Source: Gemmatimonadota bacterium
Lineage (GTDB): Bacteria; Gemmatimonadota; Gemmatimonadetes; Palauibacterales; Palauibacteraceae
Reading direction: 5' to 3'
Assembly (NCBI GenBank): GCA_039588275.1
Contig: JBDHAC010000010.1
Location: forward strand, 40,804-104,803
DNA length: 64,000 nucleotides
This document shows positions 47,025-55,983 of this stretch, piece by piece; within the stretch, counting starts at the first letter, position 1, and each line of letters starts with the position of its first letter. Position numbers and translations under genes: made by a program. Below the pieces are notes generated by a model. That model was not told where the DNA came from. It was given only the letters and a program-made list of their open reading frames with translations, and searched no databases.

Positions 47025-48557
47025 ATGCGCCACCATCGTTTGATCCCTTTGTTGATCCTCCCCGCCGTGCTCCTCCCCCTCCCCGCTTCATCCCAGATGG
47101 CCCAGGAAGCGGTGGACGTGGAGCTGGTTCAGCAGATCCGAGAAGAAGGTCTCGAGCGCTCGCAGATCGAAGCGCTCGCTCACCATCTGACGGAGATCAT
47201 CGGTCCCCGGTTGACGGGCTCTCCGGGCATGATGAAGGCCAACCAGTGGACGGCCGACATGTTCCGGGAGTGGGGCCTGGAGAACGTGATGATCGAGCCG
47301 TGGGGCGAGTTCGGGACCGGCTGGCGACTGGATGACTACCATGGCCGCGTGCTGACGCCGTTCGTCCAGCCCCTGCAGGCGCAGCCGCTGGGTTGGAGCG
47401 GGAGCACGGACGGGGTCGTCCGTGGCCCGGTCGTCCACATGATGGTCAGCGATTCGTCCGAGCTCGAGCAGTATCGAGGCCAGCTGGCGGGAGCGTTCGT
47501 GATGATCGATCCGCCACAGGACGTGGTCCCCGAGTTCGAGCACCGTGACAGGCGCACATCACTCGAGGACCTGCTCGAGCCCGAGCCGCGACCCGAGGCC
47601 GGCCCCGGCGGCCCGCCGGCGGACCTCGAGGCCCGTAGGGCCGCATTCCGCGCCCGCCGTGTGGTCACGAACGCCGCGATCCAGATGGCACGCGATGAGG
47701 GCGCGCTCGCTCTCATCAGCATCTCCTCTCGAAACGACGGCGTGATCCGCGGCGGAAGCGGCGGGCAGCGCGACCCGGGTGCCGAGAACATCGCTCATCT
47801 GGCGCTCACCCGTGAGCAGTACAACCAGTTCTACCGGACGCTGGGGAGCGGCCATTCGGTCGAGCTCGAGGTGAAGGTCGAGACCACCTTCTTCGAAGAC
47901 GACCTGCAGCAGTACAACACGCTCGCCGACATCCCCGGCACCGACAAGGCGGACGAGTACGTCATGATCGGCGCCCATCTGGATTCCTGGCACATGGGAG
48001 GTGGCGCCACCGACAACGCGGCCGGATCCATCGTCATGATGGAGGCCATGCGCATCCTGAAGACGCTCGGTGTGCAGCCCCGACGCACGATCCGAATAGC
48101 GCTGTGGAGCGGTGAGGAGCAGGGGCTCCTGGGGTCACGGAATTGGGTCGCGAACCACGAGGAGCTGCACGACCGGATCTCGGCTTATCTGAACGTGGAC
48201 AACGGCACGGGGCGGCTGCGCGGAATCTGGGATCAGTCCAACGCCAAGGCGATCCCGATCTTCGAGCAGCTCCTGTGGCCGTTCCGCGACCTGGGCGTGG
48301 TGGCGGTCCGGCACGGTAACACGGGCGGCACCGACCATCTCGCGTTCGACCGCGCCGGCATCCCGGGTTTCAACTTCATCCAGGACCCGATCGAATACGG
48401 CATCAACACGCACCACACCGAGCTGGACACGTACGACCATCTGCTGCTCGAGGACCTCAGGCAGGCGGCGGTGGTGGTCGCCTCCACGGCGTACCACCTG
48501 GCCATGCGTGAGGAGATGATGCCGCGTAAGGAGGAGGTGGTGTCACAGCTTCCGTAA
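47025..48557 (+). CDS. M28-family aminopeptidase / carboxypeptidase Q-like, exported
   Basis: IGPRLTGSP, GAHLDSW, GATDNAAG, SGEEQGLLGS, NVDNG, GGTDH, HHTELD; signal peptide; GGAGG RBS. Confidence 0.92.
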   Translation: MRHHRLIPLLILPAVLLPLPASSQMAQEAVDVELVQQIREEGLERSQIEALAHHLTEIIGPRLTGSPGMMKANQWTADMFREWGLENVMIEPWGEFGTGWRLDDYHGRVLTPFVQPLQAQPLGWSGSTDGVVRGPVVHMMVSDSSELEQYRGQLAGAFVMIDPPQDVVPEFEHRDRRTSLEDLLEPEPRPEAGPGGPPADLEARRAAFRARRVVTNAAIQMARDEGALALISISSRNDGVIRGGSGGQRDPGAENIAHLALTREQYNQFYRTLGSGHSVELEVKVETTFFEDDLQQYNTLADIPGTDKADEYVMIGAHLDSWHMGGGATDNAAGSIVMMEAMRILKTLGVQPRRTIRIALWSGEEQGLLGSRNWVANHEELHDRISAYLNVDNGTGRLRGIWDQSNAKAIPIFEQLLWPFRDLGVVAVRHGNTGGTDHLAFDRAGIPGFNFIQDPIEYGINTHHTELDTYDHLLLEDLRQAAVVVASTAYHLAMREEMMPRKEEVVSQLP

Positions 48558-48673
48558 CGTCTCGCCGCTCTCCGGTCGCCTCCGGCACCGGAGGCGCCGC
48601 GGGCTCCCCCGGGTATCACACGCGCCCGGCACGCCGAACGGCGGGCCGGGCCGTCCTCATTCAGTCGTTCTCT

Positions 48674-51280
48674 TCAGCCGACGGCGCGCACCGGCTCTGC
48701 CAGCTGACCGCGTGCGGGATCCATCCGCTGGAGTCCTCCCCGCATGACGGCATACGCTCCGGCGTAGAACGCCACCGCGAGCCCGACGACGGTCGTGAAC
48801 CCCCAATGCACCGCCGATAGCGTGGCTAGCGGCGGCGCGATGACCGACGCCGCTCCGTTCACCGCCCACGCCCACGGCACCATGGGTAGCCGGCGATCCG
48901 AGACGATCTGAAGCCCGGTGGGGAACGGGATGCCCATCAGGAATGCGACCGGCGCCAGGAGCGCCAGGCTCAGCCCGACCCGTGCCGTACCGCCCCACCC
49001 GCTCCAGACGGAGAACAGGTAGGGCAACAGGACCACGTAGAGACCCACGAGTGCCGCGATCAGGACGACGACGAATCCCACCAGTCGCCCGGCCCCCCAC
49101 ATGGCCATGCTCGCGTGCCCACCTGCGTGCCCGCCCGCGTGGCCGCTCCCGCCACGGGTGCCACGACCGCCCATGCGCCTGTCGGCCAGCGCGCTCCCGA
49201 GACCCGAAAAGACCAGGAAGGCCGAGAGCACGACCGCGATCGCGTACACGGGATGCGACAGGAAGAGCATCAGCTTCTGGATGAAGGCGATCTCGAGGAA
49301 CAGGTAGGCGAGGCCGAGGAGACCGAAGTAGAGCACGACGCTCCCCGTGGCCGGAGGCCACGAACCTTCGTCGGTGTCGGGGGGCTCGGCAGCGGCTCGC
49401 CACCGTTTCCAACGCGAGACTGCGAGCAGCGGGACGAGCACGAGCAGCAGAGCCGCGGCGAGCGCCTGGAGCGCGGTCGCGATCAGCACCACGTAGCCCC
49501 ACTCGACGACGCTGGTCCACCGTCCCCCGAGCGCATCCGTCAACCGCGGGAGCGACGCCCACTTGAAGAACCGGAAGAAGTACGGCCGGTCGTCGGTGGC
49601 GGGCCGCACGTGGAAGGCGTAGCGGTCGTAGAAGCGCTCCCTCGACCCCTCATCCGCGAGGACGCGACGGGCCGCCTCCCAGTACACGGGCTGCTCGAGC
49701 ACCATGAACCGGTTCACCTCGGACTCCTCGAGCCCGGGAAGCCAGCTCAGGTCAAACCCACGCGCCCCGACCCACCTTCGGATCGCCTCCACCTGCTCCC
49801 CCGTCAGGGGCGAGCGAGTCAAGAGCAGCGTGGCCGTGTTCCACGAGCGGACGAAGGCGAGGTGTCGGGCCGGCGCCCGGATCCCCTTCTGCTCTGCAGC
49901 CTCGACGAGCGTCGCGAACATCTTGATCGCATCACGAGGTGGCGTTCTCAGCCAGCGCGTGATCGCCAGCGCGCCGCCGGGCGACAGCCGGTCCAGGTAC
50001 AGCTCCACCGCCTGTCGCGTGTACAGGTAGCTCTCGCTCAGCGCTCGAACCCCCGCCGCGGAAGCCGTGAAGGAGTCGAGGAGCGAGATCTGGATCAGGT
50101 CGAACCGCGCATCGGGGTGTGCCTCCAACCAGCCGCGCGCCTCCGCCACGACGGGCGTCACGTCGGGCCGTGCGAACAAGCCCCCGGAGTGTGCGCCGAG
50201 CGGACCTTCGATCAGGGGCAGGACGTTCGGATCCACCTCCAGCGCGGTTACGCCGCTCGCCCCGTGGTAGAGCGCGTTGAGGACCTCGGTGCCCCCGCCC
50301 GACCCGATCACCAGCGTCCCGGGCCTGTCCAGCAGCTGGTACGGGAGCGCCGGGGTCACGTAGTCGAGGAACGCGAACGGTTCGAGCGACCCGTCGAACC
50401 GGTGTACGGGGGAGACGGCGTCGGCATCGAAGTATAGACCCACCTGCTCGGGCAGCTCGCCCAGCTCCGCCATCGGATAGCCCGAGATCTGGCCCGGCGT
50501 CTCACGGATCAGGGATGAGCCGACGACGGTGAGGGTGGAGAGGGGGCTATGCGCGGTCGCCAGCACGCCCGCGTCCGGTAGATCCATGGCGTACGAGAGC
50601 CCCTTGTACGGAGACACCCGGATCGTGGGCGCACCGATCCACGCGGTGAGGAGGACCGACGCGAGTCCCGCGGCGAGCCACCGGGCGGTCGTCCCTCCGG
50701 GCACCCGGCGACCTGCCGCCGCGCCGGGGGCGAGAGCCAGCAGGAAGGCGGCGATCACGAGGACGGTCAGAAGAAGCGGGAGTCGCCCCGGCGGAGCCAC
50801 GAACAGCAGCCCGATCACGCCGGCCGCTCCGAGACCGGACCCGAGCAGGTTGGCAAAATACACGCGGCCCACCCGGTCTCGCTCGAGCAGGAACGCGAAG
50901 AGGATGCACGAGGAGATGATGAAGAACGGGACGGCCAGGACCCCGTACAGCAGGAGCAGCCACGCAAACTGCACTCGACGCACGAGGAGCTCGAAGGTCT
51001 CGAACGGGATCGCTTGCGCGAGGGCGTGCGAGCCCGGGAGCGCGATCACCAGGAGGAGGGTAGCGGCCCGAAACAGGGTCGGCTCCCTGCCCCGCACCCG
51101 GTCGCCGAGCAACGCGATCGCGGTCCCGCTCGCCGCGAAACCCAGCAGCGCTACGCTGATGATCATGTAGGCGAAGTGGTGCCACTCGGCTATGGAGAGG
51201 ATTCGGGTGAGCGCCACTTCGTACCCGAGTCCCGCGGCGCTCAGGAGGAATACGGCCCCGAGCAGCGGCCGGGGCTTCAC
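48674..51280 (-). CDS. Polytopic membrane protein with central spermidine-synthase-like SAM-binding domain
   Basis: N-terminal TM bundle (YEVALTR, ISVALLGFAASG), LVIGSGGGTEV, LEVDP, FDLIQIS, ESYLYT, PATDDRPYFF, C-terminal TM bundle (MGIPFP.GL, WAWAVNG.ASV). Confidence 0.85.
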   Translation of the reverse strand: MKPRPLLGAVFLLSAAGLGYEVALTRILSIAEWHHFAYMIISVALLGFAASGTAIALLGDRVRGREPTLFRAATLLLVIALPGSHALAQAIPFETFELLVRRVQFAWLLLLYGVLAVPFFIISSCILFAFLLERDRVGRVYFANLLGSGLGAAGVIGLLFVAPPGRLPLLLTVLVIAAFLLALAPGAAAGRRVPGGTTARWLAAGLASVLLTAWIGAPTIRVSPYKGLSYAMDLPDAGVLATAHSPLSTLTVVGSSLIRETPGQISGYPMAELGELPEQVGLYFDADAVSPVHRFDGSLEPFAFLDYVTPALPYQLLDRPGTLVIGSGGGTEVLNALYHGASGVTALEVDPNVLPLIEGPLGAHSGGLFARPDVTPVVAEARGWLEAHPDARFDLIQISLLDSFTASAAGVRALSESYLYTRQAVELYLDRLSPGGALAITRWLRTPPRDAIKMFATLVEAAEQKGIRAPARHLAFVRSWNTATLLLTRSPLTGEQVEAIRRWVGARGFDLSWLPGLEESEVNRFMVLEQPVYWEAARRVLADEGSRERFYDRYAFHVRPATDDRPYFFRFFKWASLPRLTDALGGRWTSVVEWGYVVLIATALQALAAALLLVLVPLLAVSRWKRWRAAAEPPDTDEGSWPPATGSVVLYFGLLGLAYLFLEIAFIQKLMLFLSHPVYAIAVVLSAFLVFSGLGSALADRRMGGRGTRGGSGHAGGHAGGHASMAMWGAGRLVGFVVVLIAALVGLYVVLLPYLFSVWSGWGGTARVGLSLALLAPVAFLMGIPFPTGLQIVSDRRLPMVPWAWAVNGAASVIAPPLATLSAVHWGFTTVVGLAVAFYAGAYAVMRGGLQRMDPARGQLAEPVRAVG

Positions 51281-52041
51281 CTCTCCGGCTCGCCCCGCGT
51301 GAACGGCACGAACGCCACCGGGGCGACCGACCGCTGGGCCACCGATCCGTCCGTCCGTTTCTCCAGCAGCATGAGTTGCTGTGTTCGGAAGGGCGGGCCG
51401 ACGGGGATCACCATGCGACCTCCCACCGCGAGCTGCTCCACCAGCGGAGGCGGGATGTGGGTGGCGGCGGCCGTGACCACGATGCCATCGAACGGTCCGT
51501 GCTCGGGCCAGCCGAAGTATCCGTCGCCGTGCTTCGCGCGCACCGCGGCGTAGCCCAGGCGTCGGAGCCGGGCCCAGGCGCTCGTTGCCAGCGGCTCGAT
51601 GATCTCGATCGTGAACACGGAGTCGACGATCTCGGCCAGCACGGCCGCCTGGTACCCCGACCCGGTGCCGATCTCCAGGGTCCGGTCGCCCGGGTCCAGC
51701 TCCAGGAGCTGAGTCATCAACGCGACGATGTAAGGCTGCGAGATCGTCTGCCCGTGTCCGATCGGGAGCGGTTGGTTCAGGTAGGCCGCGTCACGCAGCT
51801 CGCGCGGTACGAACTCGTGCCGAGGCACGGCGCGGAGAGCCTCGATGACCTCCTGGTCGTCGATCGGCTCCAGGAGGGGATGCACCGAGGCGATGTACCG
51901 CCGCACCATCTCCTCGCGTACATCTTCGTAGGGCTCGTTCTGGGCGACGGCCGGATGCGCCAGGCTCGTGAGACCGATCGCCCACAGGAACGCTCCCACC
52001 AGTCCGACGGTCAGTCGCCGTACGGGCGCGGGCTCGATCAC
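51277..52041 (-). CDS. pcm: Protein-L-isoaspartate(D-aspartate) O-methyltransferase with N-terminal signal peptide
   Basis: VPRHEFVP, AY...PLPIG.GQTISQPY, LEIGTGSGYQAA, GDGY.GWPE.GPFD.I.VTAA, GGRMVIPVG, FVPF; start uncertain (52041 or 52095). Confidence 0.93.
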   Translation of the reverse strand: MIEPAPVRRLTVGLVGAFLWAIGLTSLAHPAVAQNEPYEDVREEMVRRYIASVHPLLEPIDDQEVIEALRAVPRHEFVPRELRDAAYLNQPLPIGHGQTISQPYIVALMTQLLELDPGDRTLEIGTGSGYQAAVLAEIVDSVFTIEIIEPLATSAWARLRRLGYAAVRAKHGDGYFGWPEHGPFDGIVVTAAATHIPPPLVEQLAVGGRMVIPVGPPFRTQQLMLLEKRTDGSVAQRSVAPVAFVPFTRGEPER

Positions 52042-52344
52042 CTTCGGACTCGGCTCGCCTCGCGCGCGGACACTTCGAGTTCCCTCCTCACACATGCAAG
52101 CCTCCGGGCTCGTCTCCGGGGATGCAACGGGATGAGTATACGCCGGTCTACGGTCCGGCACAGTGCGCTCACGCCCGACCCCGGGCGAGTCGGGGCTCGA
52201 TGGGGACGCAGACCGCTTGCGGCCCCGTCCGGCAAGGCTCAAGGTTGCACCCGGCCCTCGGGTGTGACCGTTGCGGACCCGCGCCCCGGCTGCGGAAGTC
52301 CACCTCTCCCGGGTACACGCTCTCATGACCGAAGCCACGGCCCG

Positions 52345-53943
52345 ATGACGGAAGCCCAACTTCTCGCCACTTCGACCGGGACGGCGACGTCCGGCGAGCC
52401 GCCGGACCGGGATACCCACCCCCCCCTCCTGCTCCGGCAGGCCGTCAGCCGCGTGCGAATCGTGGCGTTGCTCGTGCTTGGCGTGGTCACGGTCAGCTGG
52501 CTGATTCAGGGAGCGATCGAGGGGTTCTTGTGGGAGGACTTCCAGGTGCTCGGACAGTGGGGGCCGCCCACCTCAATGATCGTCGGCTCGGTGCTCATGT
52601 ACTGGGCGGCGCGCAGCCCTGGCACGCCCGCGCGGACGGTCGTGGTGCTGGCCCTCGCGTACGAGGTTGCCGTGAGCTTCGGCATCGCGTTGTCCGAGTA
52701 TTGGGGTGCCTTCGAGGGCTTGGAGGCCGCGGTCATCACCGGCGACGTCGTCGGATACACGAGCGTGGCATTGTGGATGTTGATGTTCACCGTGCTGGTG
52801 CCCGTGCGCCCCGGCCAGGCGGTGATCGGGCTTCTCGGATCTGCAGCCGCGACACCGATCACGTATCTCGTGGTCGTGGGGGCGGGCGATGCCCCTGTGC
52901 TGCCCGCCAGCCAGTTCTTCTGGGTGTTCGTGTTCCGCTACCTGGTCGTAGCCGCGCTGGCGTACATCGCCGCACGGGTCATCTACCGACTGGGCAAGGC
53001 CGTTCAACGCGCTCGCGAGCTGGGTAGCTATCGGCTCGAGCAACGCCTCGGCGAAGGGGGCATGGGCGAGGTATGGCGCGCGAACCATCGCATGCTGGCC
53101 CGGCCCGCGGCAGTAAAGCTCATCAGTCCAGCGGCGCTCGGTGACCCGACGAGGCACGCCGAGACCCTGGCTCGTTTCGAGCGGGAGGCACAGGCCACGG
53201 CCGCCCTCCAATCGCCCCACTCCGTGCAGGTATTCGACTACGGCGTCGCGGACGATGGACGGCTGTACTACGCCATGGAACTACTCGAGGGAATCGATCT
53301 CGAGCGACTCGTGGACCGGTTCGGCCCTCTCCCACCGGAGCGCGCCGTATACATCCTCGAACAGGCTTGCGAGTCACTCGCGGAGGCGCACCGGAGGGAG
53401 CTCGTTCACCGGGATATCAAGCCGAGCAACCTCTTCCTGTGCCGATACGCGCTCCAGTTCGACGTCGTGAAGGTGCTCGACTTCGGGTTGGCGAAGCACA
53501 CCCGCTTCGACCGTGACGATCCCATGTTGTCGCGCACGGGAGAGATCCGGGGCACTCCTGCCTATCTGCCGCCAGAGATGGCGCTGGACGAAGCACCGGT
53601 GGACGGGCGGGTGGACCTCTACGGGCTGGGTTGCGTGGCATATTGGCTGCTCACGGGGGCGCTCGTGTTCGACGCCGCATCTCCCACGGCGATGATCATC
53701 GCCCACGCGACGCAGCCACCCGTCCCGCCCAGTCAGCGATCGGAGACCCCGATCCCTCCGGAGCTCGACGAGCTCGTCCTCGCGTGTCTCGCAAAGGCAC
53801 CGTCCGAACGCCTCGCATCGGCCGAAGCTCTCGCGGAGGGTCTCGCTGCAATCCCGCTCGAGCATCCGTGGACCCAGGAGCGAGCGGCCGAATGGTGGGC
53901 CCTGCACGGATTGGCCGCGCCCGCCCCCGAACGGACTCCCTGA
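52345..53943 (+). CDS. Hanks-type Ser/Thr protein kinase with N-terminal multi-pass membrane domain (paralogue 1)
   Basis: GEGGMGEV, AVK, RFEREA, HRDIKPSN, DFGLAK, GTPAYLPPE, DLYGLG; 5-6 TM helices before the kinase domain. Confidence 0.93.
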   Translation: MTEAQLLATSTGTATSGEPPDRDTHPPLLLRQAVSRVRIVALLVLGVVTVSWLIQGAIEGFLWEDFQVLGQWGPPTSMIVGSVLMYWAARSPGTPARTVVVLALAYEVAVSFGIALSEYWGAFEGLEAAVITGDVVGYTSVALWMLMFTVLVPVRPGQAVIGLLGSAAATPITYLVVVGAGDAPVLPASQFFWVFVFRYLVVAALAYIAARVIYRLGKAVQRARELGSYRLEQRLGEGGMGEVWRANHRMLARPAAVKLISPAALGDPTRHAETLARFEREAQATAALQSPHSVQVFDYGVADDGRLYYAMELLEGIDLERLVDRFGPLPPERAVYILEQACESLAEAHRRELVHRDIKPSNLFLCRYALQFDVVKVLDFGLAKHTRFDRDDPMLSRTGEIRGTPAYLPPEMALDEAPVDGRVDLYGLGCVAYWLLTGALVFDAASPTAMIIAHATQPPVPPSQRSETPIPPELDELVLACLAKAPSERLASAEALAEGLAAIPLEHPWTQERAAEWWALHGLAAPAPERTP

Positions 53944-53975
53944 GGGGATACCCCGACTCCCTGAGGGGATGCCCC
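53934..53975. repeat. 21-bp tandem duplication spanning the kinase stop codon
   Basis: GACTCCCTGAGGGGATACCCC / GACTCCCTGAGGGGATGCCCC (1 mismatch). Confidence 0.85.
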
Positions 53976-54033
53976 GGCCCGGGAACGCCAGGCGGGTCCG
54001 TGGCGAACCGCGTGCAGCGAGCCTCTCTCCGCA

Positions 54034-54066
54034 CGAAGAAGGGCGCCACGAGGGCGCCCTTCTTCG
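54034..54066. terminator. Probable bidirectional intrinsic terminator between convergent genes
   Basis: CGAAGAAGGGCGCC-ACGAG-GGCGCCCTTCTTCG perfect 14-bp inverted repeat. Confidence 0.75.
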
Positions 54067-54114
54067 GTTCAGGACCAGGTTCGGAAAGGCGCTCAGTGAG
54101 CGCGATTCGTACGC

Positions 54115-54963
54115 TCAGTCATCGTCATCTTCGTCATCATCGTCGTCCTCGAACTCGAGCTCCGAAAACCCGCGCTCCATCTCGGACTCGAACTCCACTA
54201 CCTGACCCTCGAACTGCGACAGGTCCATGACCGTGCCGTCGGGGCGAGCGAACCAGGCGGCCGGATCGACCACGACGTCAACGGTCGCGCTGGTCCCATC
54301 GGTCAGATCGAGCGGCGGCTCGAACTCGATCTCGATTTCGATCTCCGCCTCGAAAAAGACGCTGAACGGTACCGCCGAGCCGCCTGTGGGCGTGAACGAA
54401 CCCATGACGAGCATGCTGGCCTCTTCCGGCCAGTCGGGAAACTGAGCGCGGATCGTGGTGACCAGCGTCTGAATCTCGCCCGCGTCCTCGTTACCGTCGT
54501 CCAGCTCGAGGTCTTCGACCTCGAACTCCAGCTCGTCGTACACCCCCGGCGGGACGGGCTGCGAGACCGTCGGCTCGCTGCCACCGTCCAGCGGGAGCTG
54601 GATGAACTGCGGGGGCGCCTCGAACTCCTCGCAAGAATCGTCGGAGCCCGAGTCGTCACAATCGTCGTCGTCCTCGAGCTCGAGCTCGAACTCGGCGACG
54701 ATCATCCAGATCTCATCGAGCGTGAGCGCCCCGTTTGATCCATCCAGTGTGAGCGACTGCGCGAGCGTGTTTCGCGCCACGCGTCCCAGATCGCCGGGTG
54801 CCACCGCAGGCGCGGCTCCGATCGTCGTCTGAAACGCGATCGACACGCGCGGTTGGCCGTCGTCGGGCCCGGTGGTCGAATCACACCCCGCCAACCCGAG
54901 CGCGACGAGCGGTCCGAGGATCACGCTCCGCGCCTTCTTGCCCACTGTCATGATCGTAGTCAT
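54115..54963 (-). CDS. Highly acidic lipoprotein, DUF4382-like beta-sandwich
   Basis: Lipobox LAGC; VPPGVYDELEFEV; paired Cys in an acidic loop; poly-Asp tail; GGAAGGA RBS. Confidence 0.75.
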   Translation of the reverse strand: MTTIMTVGKKARSVILGPLVALGLAGCDSTTGPDDGQPRVSIAFQTTIGAAPAVAPGDLGRVARNTLAQSLTLDGSNGALTLDEIWMIVAEFELELEDDDDCDDSGSDDSCEEFEAPPQFIQLPLDGGSEPTVSQPVPPGVYDELEFEVEDLELDDGNEDAGEIQTLVTTIRAQFPDWPEEASMLVMGSFTPTGGSAVPFSVFFEAEIEIEIEFEPPLDLTDGTSATVDVVVDPAAWFARPDGTVMDLSQFEGQVVEFESEMERGFSELEFEDDDDDEDDDD

Positions 54964-55042
54964 CACGTCCTTCCGCCTCTCACTACCGGACCCGTACCGC
55001 ACGTCACGCCATCTCGTGACGCCGATCTGGTCCCTCTGCAGG

Positions 55043-55057
55043 GCAAGAGGCGTTCCT
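55043..55057 (-). promoter_or_regulatory. Putative sigma-54 (-24/-12) promoter of the acidic lipoprotein gene
   Basis: Minus strand AGGAACGCCTCTTGC = GG-N10-GC with TTGC, about 80 bp upstream of the ATG. Confidence 0.6.
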
Positions 55058-55123
55058 CGGGGGTTTCGCGACGTAAACGGTTTCAGGGAAAGCGTTTAGG
55101 AGGCTCCCGGTCGCCAGCGGGGT

Positions 55124-55170
55124 CGTCTCGCTCTGGAACATCGGTGCGGTACATGTCCCGATTCGAGACA
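55124..55170. promoter_or_regulatory. Two 17-bp palindromic enhancer-like boxes spaced 30 bp apart
   Basis: CGTCTCGCTCTGGAACA (55124-55140) and TGTCCCGATTCGAGACA (55154-55170). Confidence 0.6.
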
Positions 55171-55206
55171 GGTGCCCGCGGAGGAACGGCCCGGGGGAGC
55201 CCGGGG

Positions 55207-55416
55207 CTACGTCCGGTGAGGGTGCTCCGTCGCGTAGTTGTACGCGGTGTAGGCCGAGATCAGGTGACAGACCCAACCCAGGAGCCCGCCCGTCCCGATC
55301 CACATGCCGGGCGTAACGATCAGCCAGCAACAGCCTCGCAGGATCTTCCCGTTGTAGATCTGGCCCAGACCCGGCACCAGGAAGCTCAAGATCGCCGCCG
55401 TTCCGGGGTTTCTCAT
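55207..55416 (-). CDS. Small membrane protein (DUF5683/TM2-like)
   Basis: NPGTAAILSFLVPGLGQIYNG motif, SAYTAY end. Confidence 0.8.
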   Translation of the reverse strand: MRNPGTAAILSFLVPGLGQIYNGKILRGCCWLIVTPGMWIGTGGLLGWVCHLISAYTAYNYATEHPHRT

Positions 55417-55522
55417 CGTGTATTCTCGCGTCGTCGTGTTCTATGTCGGTCGCCGGTCGTCTTCACCGGCACCCGACATTACGACGTGCCGCGAGGGCGG
55501 GTTTCGGGAACCCGAGGGGAGG

Positions 55523-55951
55523 TCAGAGAATCTCGACCAGTTCGATCTCGAAGTTGAGCGCCTCTCCCGCCAGCGGGTGGTTCCCGTCCAACGTGACGTG
55601 CAGGTCGTCGAGCGCAGCCACGGTGACCGTGAGCTCGTGGCCGTCACCGGTTTGTACGTGAAGCTCCTGTCCGACCTCGAGCTCCAGGTCGGAAGGAAGC
55701 TCGGCTCGATCCACCCTGAACACCAGCTCCTCCCGCCGATCGCCGTACGCGTCGGCGGCCTCGATACGTGCGTCCACGCGGTCGCCGGGGCTCATCCCGC
55801 TCACCGCCTCTTCGAACCCCGGGATCAACGAGCCTTCGCCGATCGTAAACTCCAGCGGTTCCCGGTCCGCCGAGCTGTCGAACTCGGACTCATCGTCCAG
55901 TCGCCCGGTGTAGTGCACCTGCACGCGGTCGCCGTTCTTGGCCTCTGCCAC
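55523..55951 (-). CDS. FKBP-type peptidyl-prolyl isomerase, SlyD/SlpA-like (no His-rich tail)
   Basis: VQVHYTG.L.D..FDSS, LIPGFEEA, AYG, insert-in-flap domain, DGNHPLAG..L.F.IEL; AAGGAG RBS before GTG. Confidence 0.92.
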   Translation of the reverse strand: MAEAKNGDRVQVHYTGRLDDESEFDSSADREPLEFTIGEGSLIPGFEEAVSGMSPGDRVDARIEAADAYGDRREELVFRVDRAELPSDLELEVGQELHVQTGDGHELTVTVAALDDLHVTLDGNHPLAGEALNFEIELVEIL

Positions 55952-55983
55952 GGCATGCTCCTTTTGGTTTGGGTTCGAGCCCC

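Noticed and set aside
51376..52344. Long N-terminal extension of kinase ORF 51376..53943
   Set aside because: Antisense to pcm; alignment with the paralogue supports a start at 52345.
55971..55983. GGGTTCGAGCCCC resembling a tRNA T-arm
   Set aside because: Lies in a 32-bp intergenic gap with no room for a cloverleaf and no integrase nearby.
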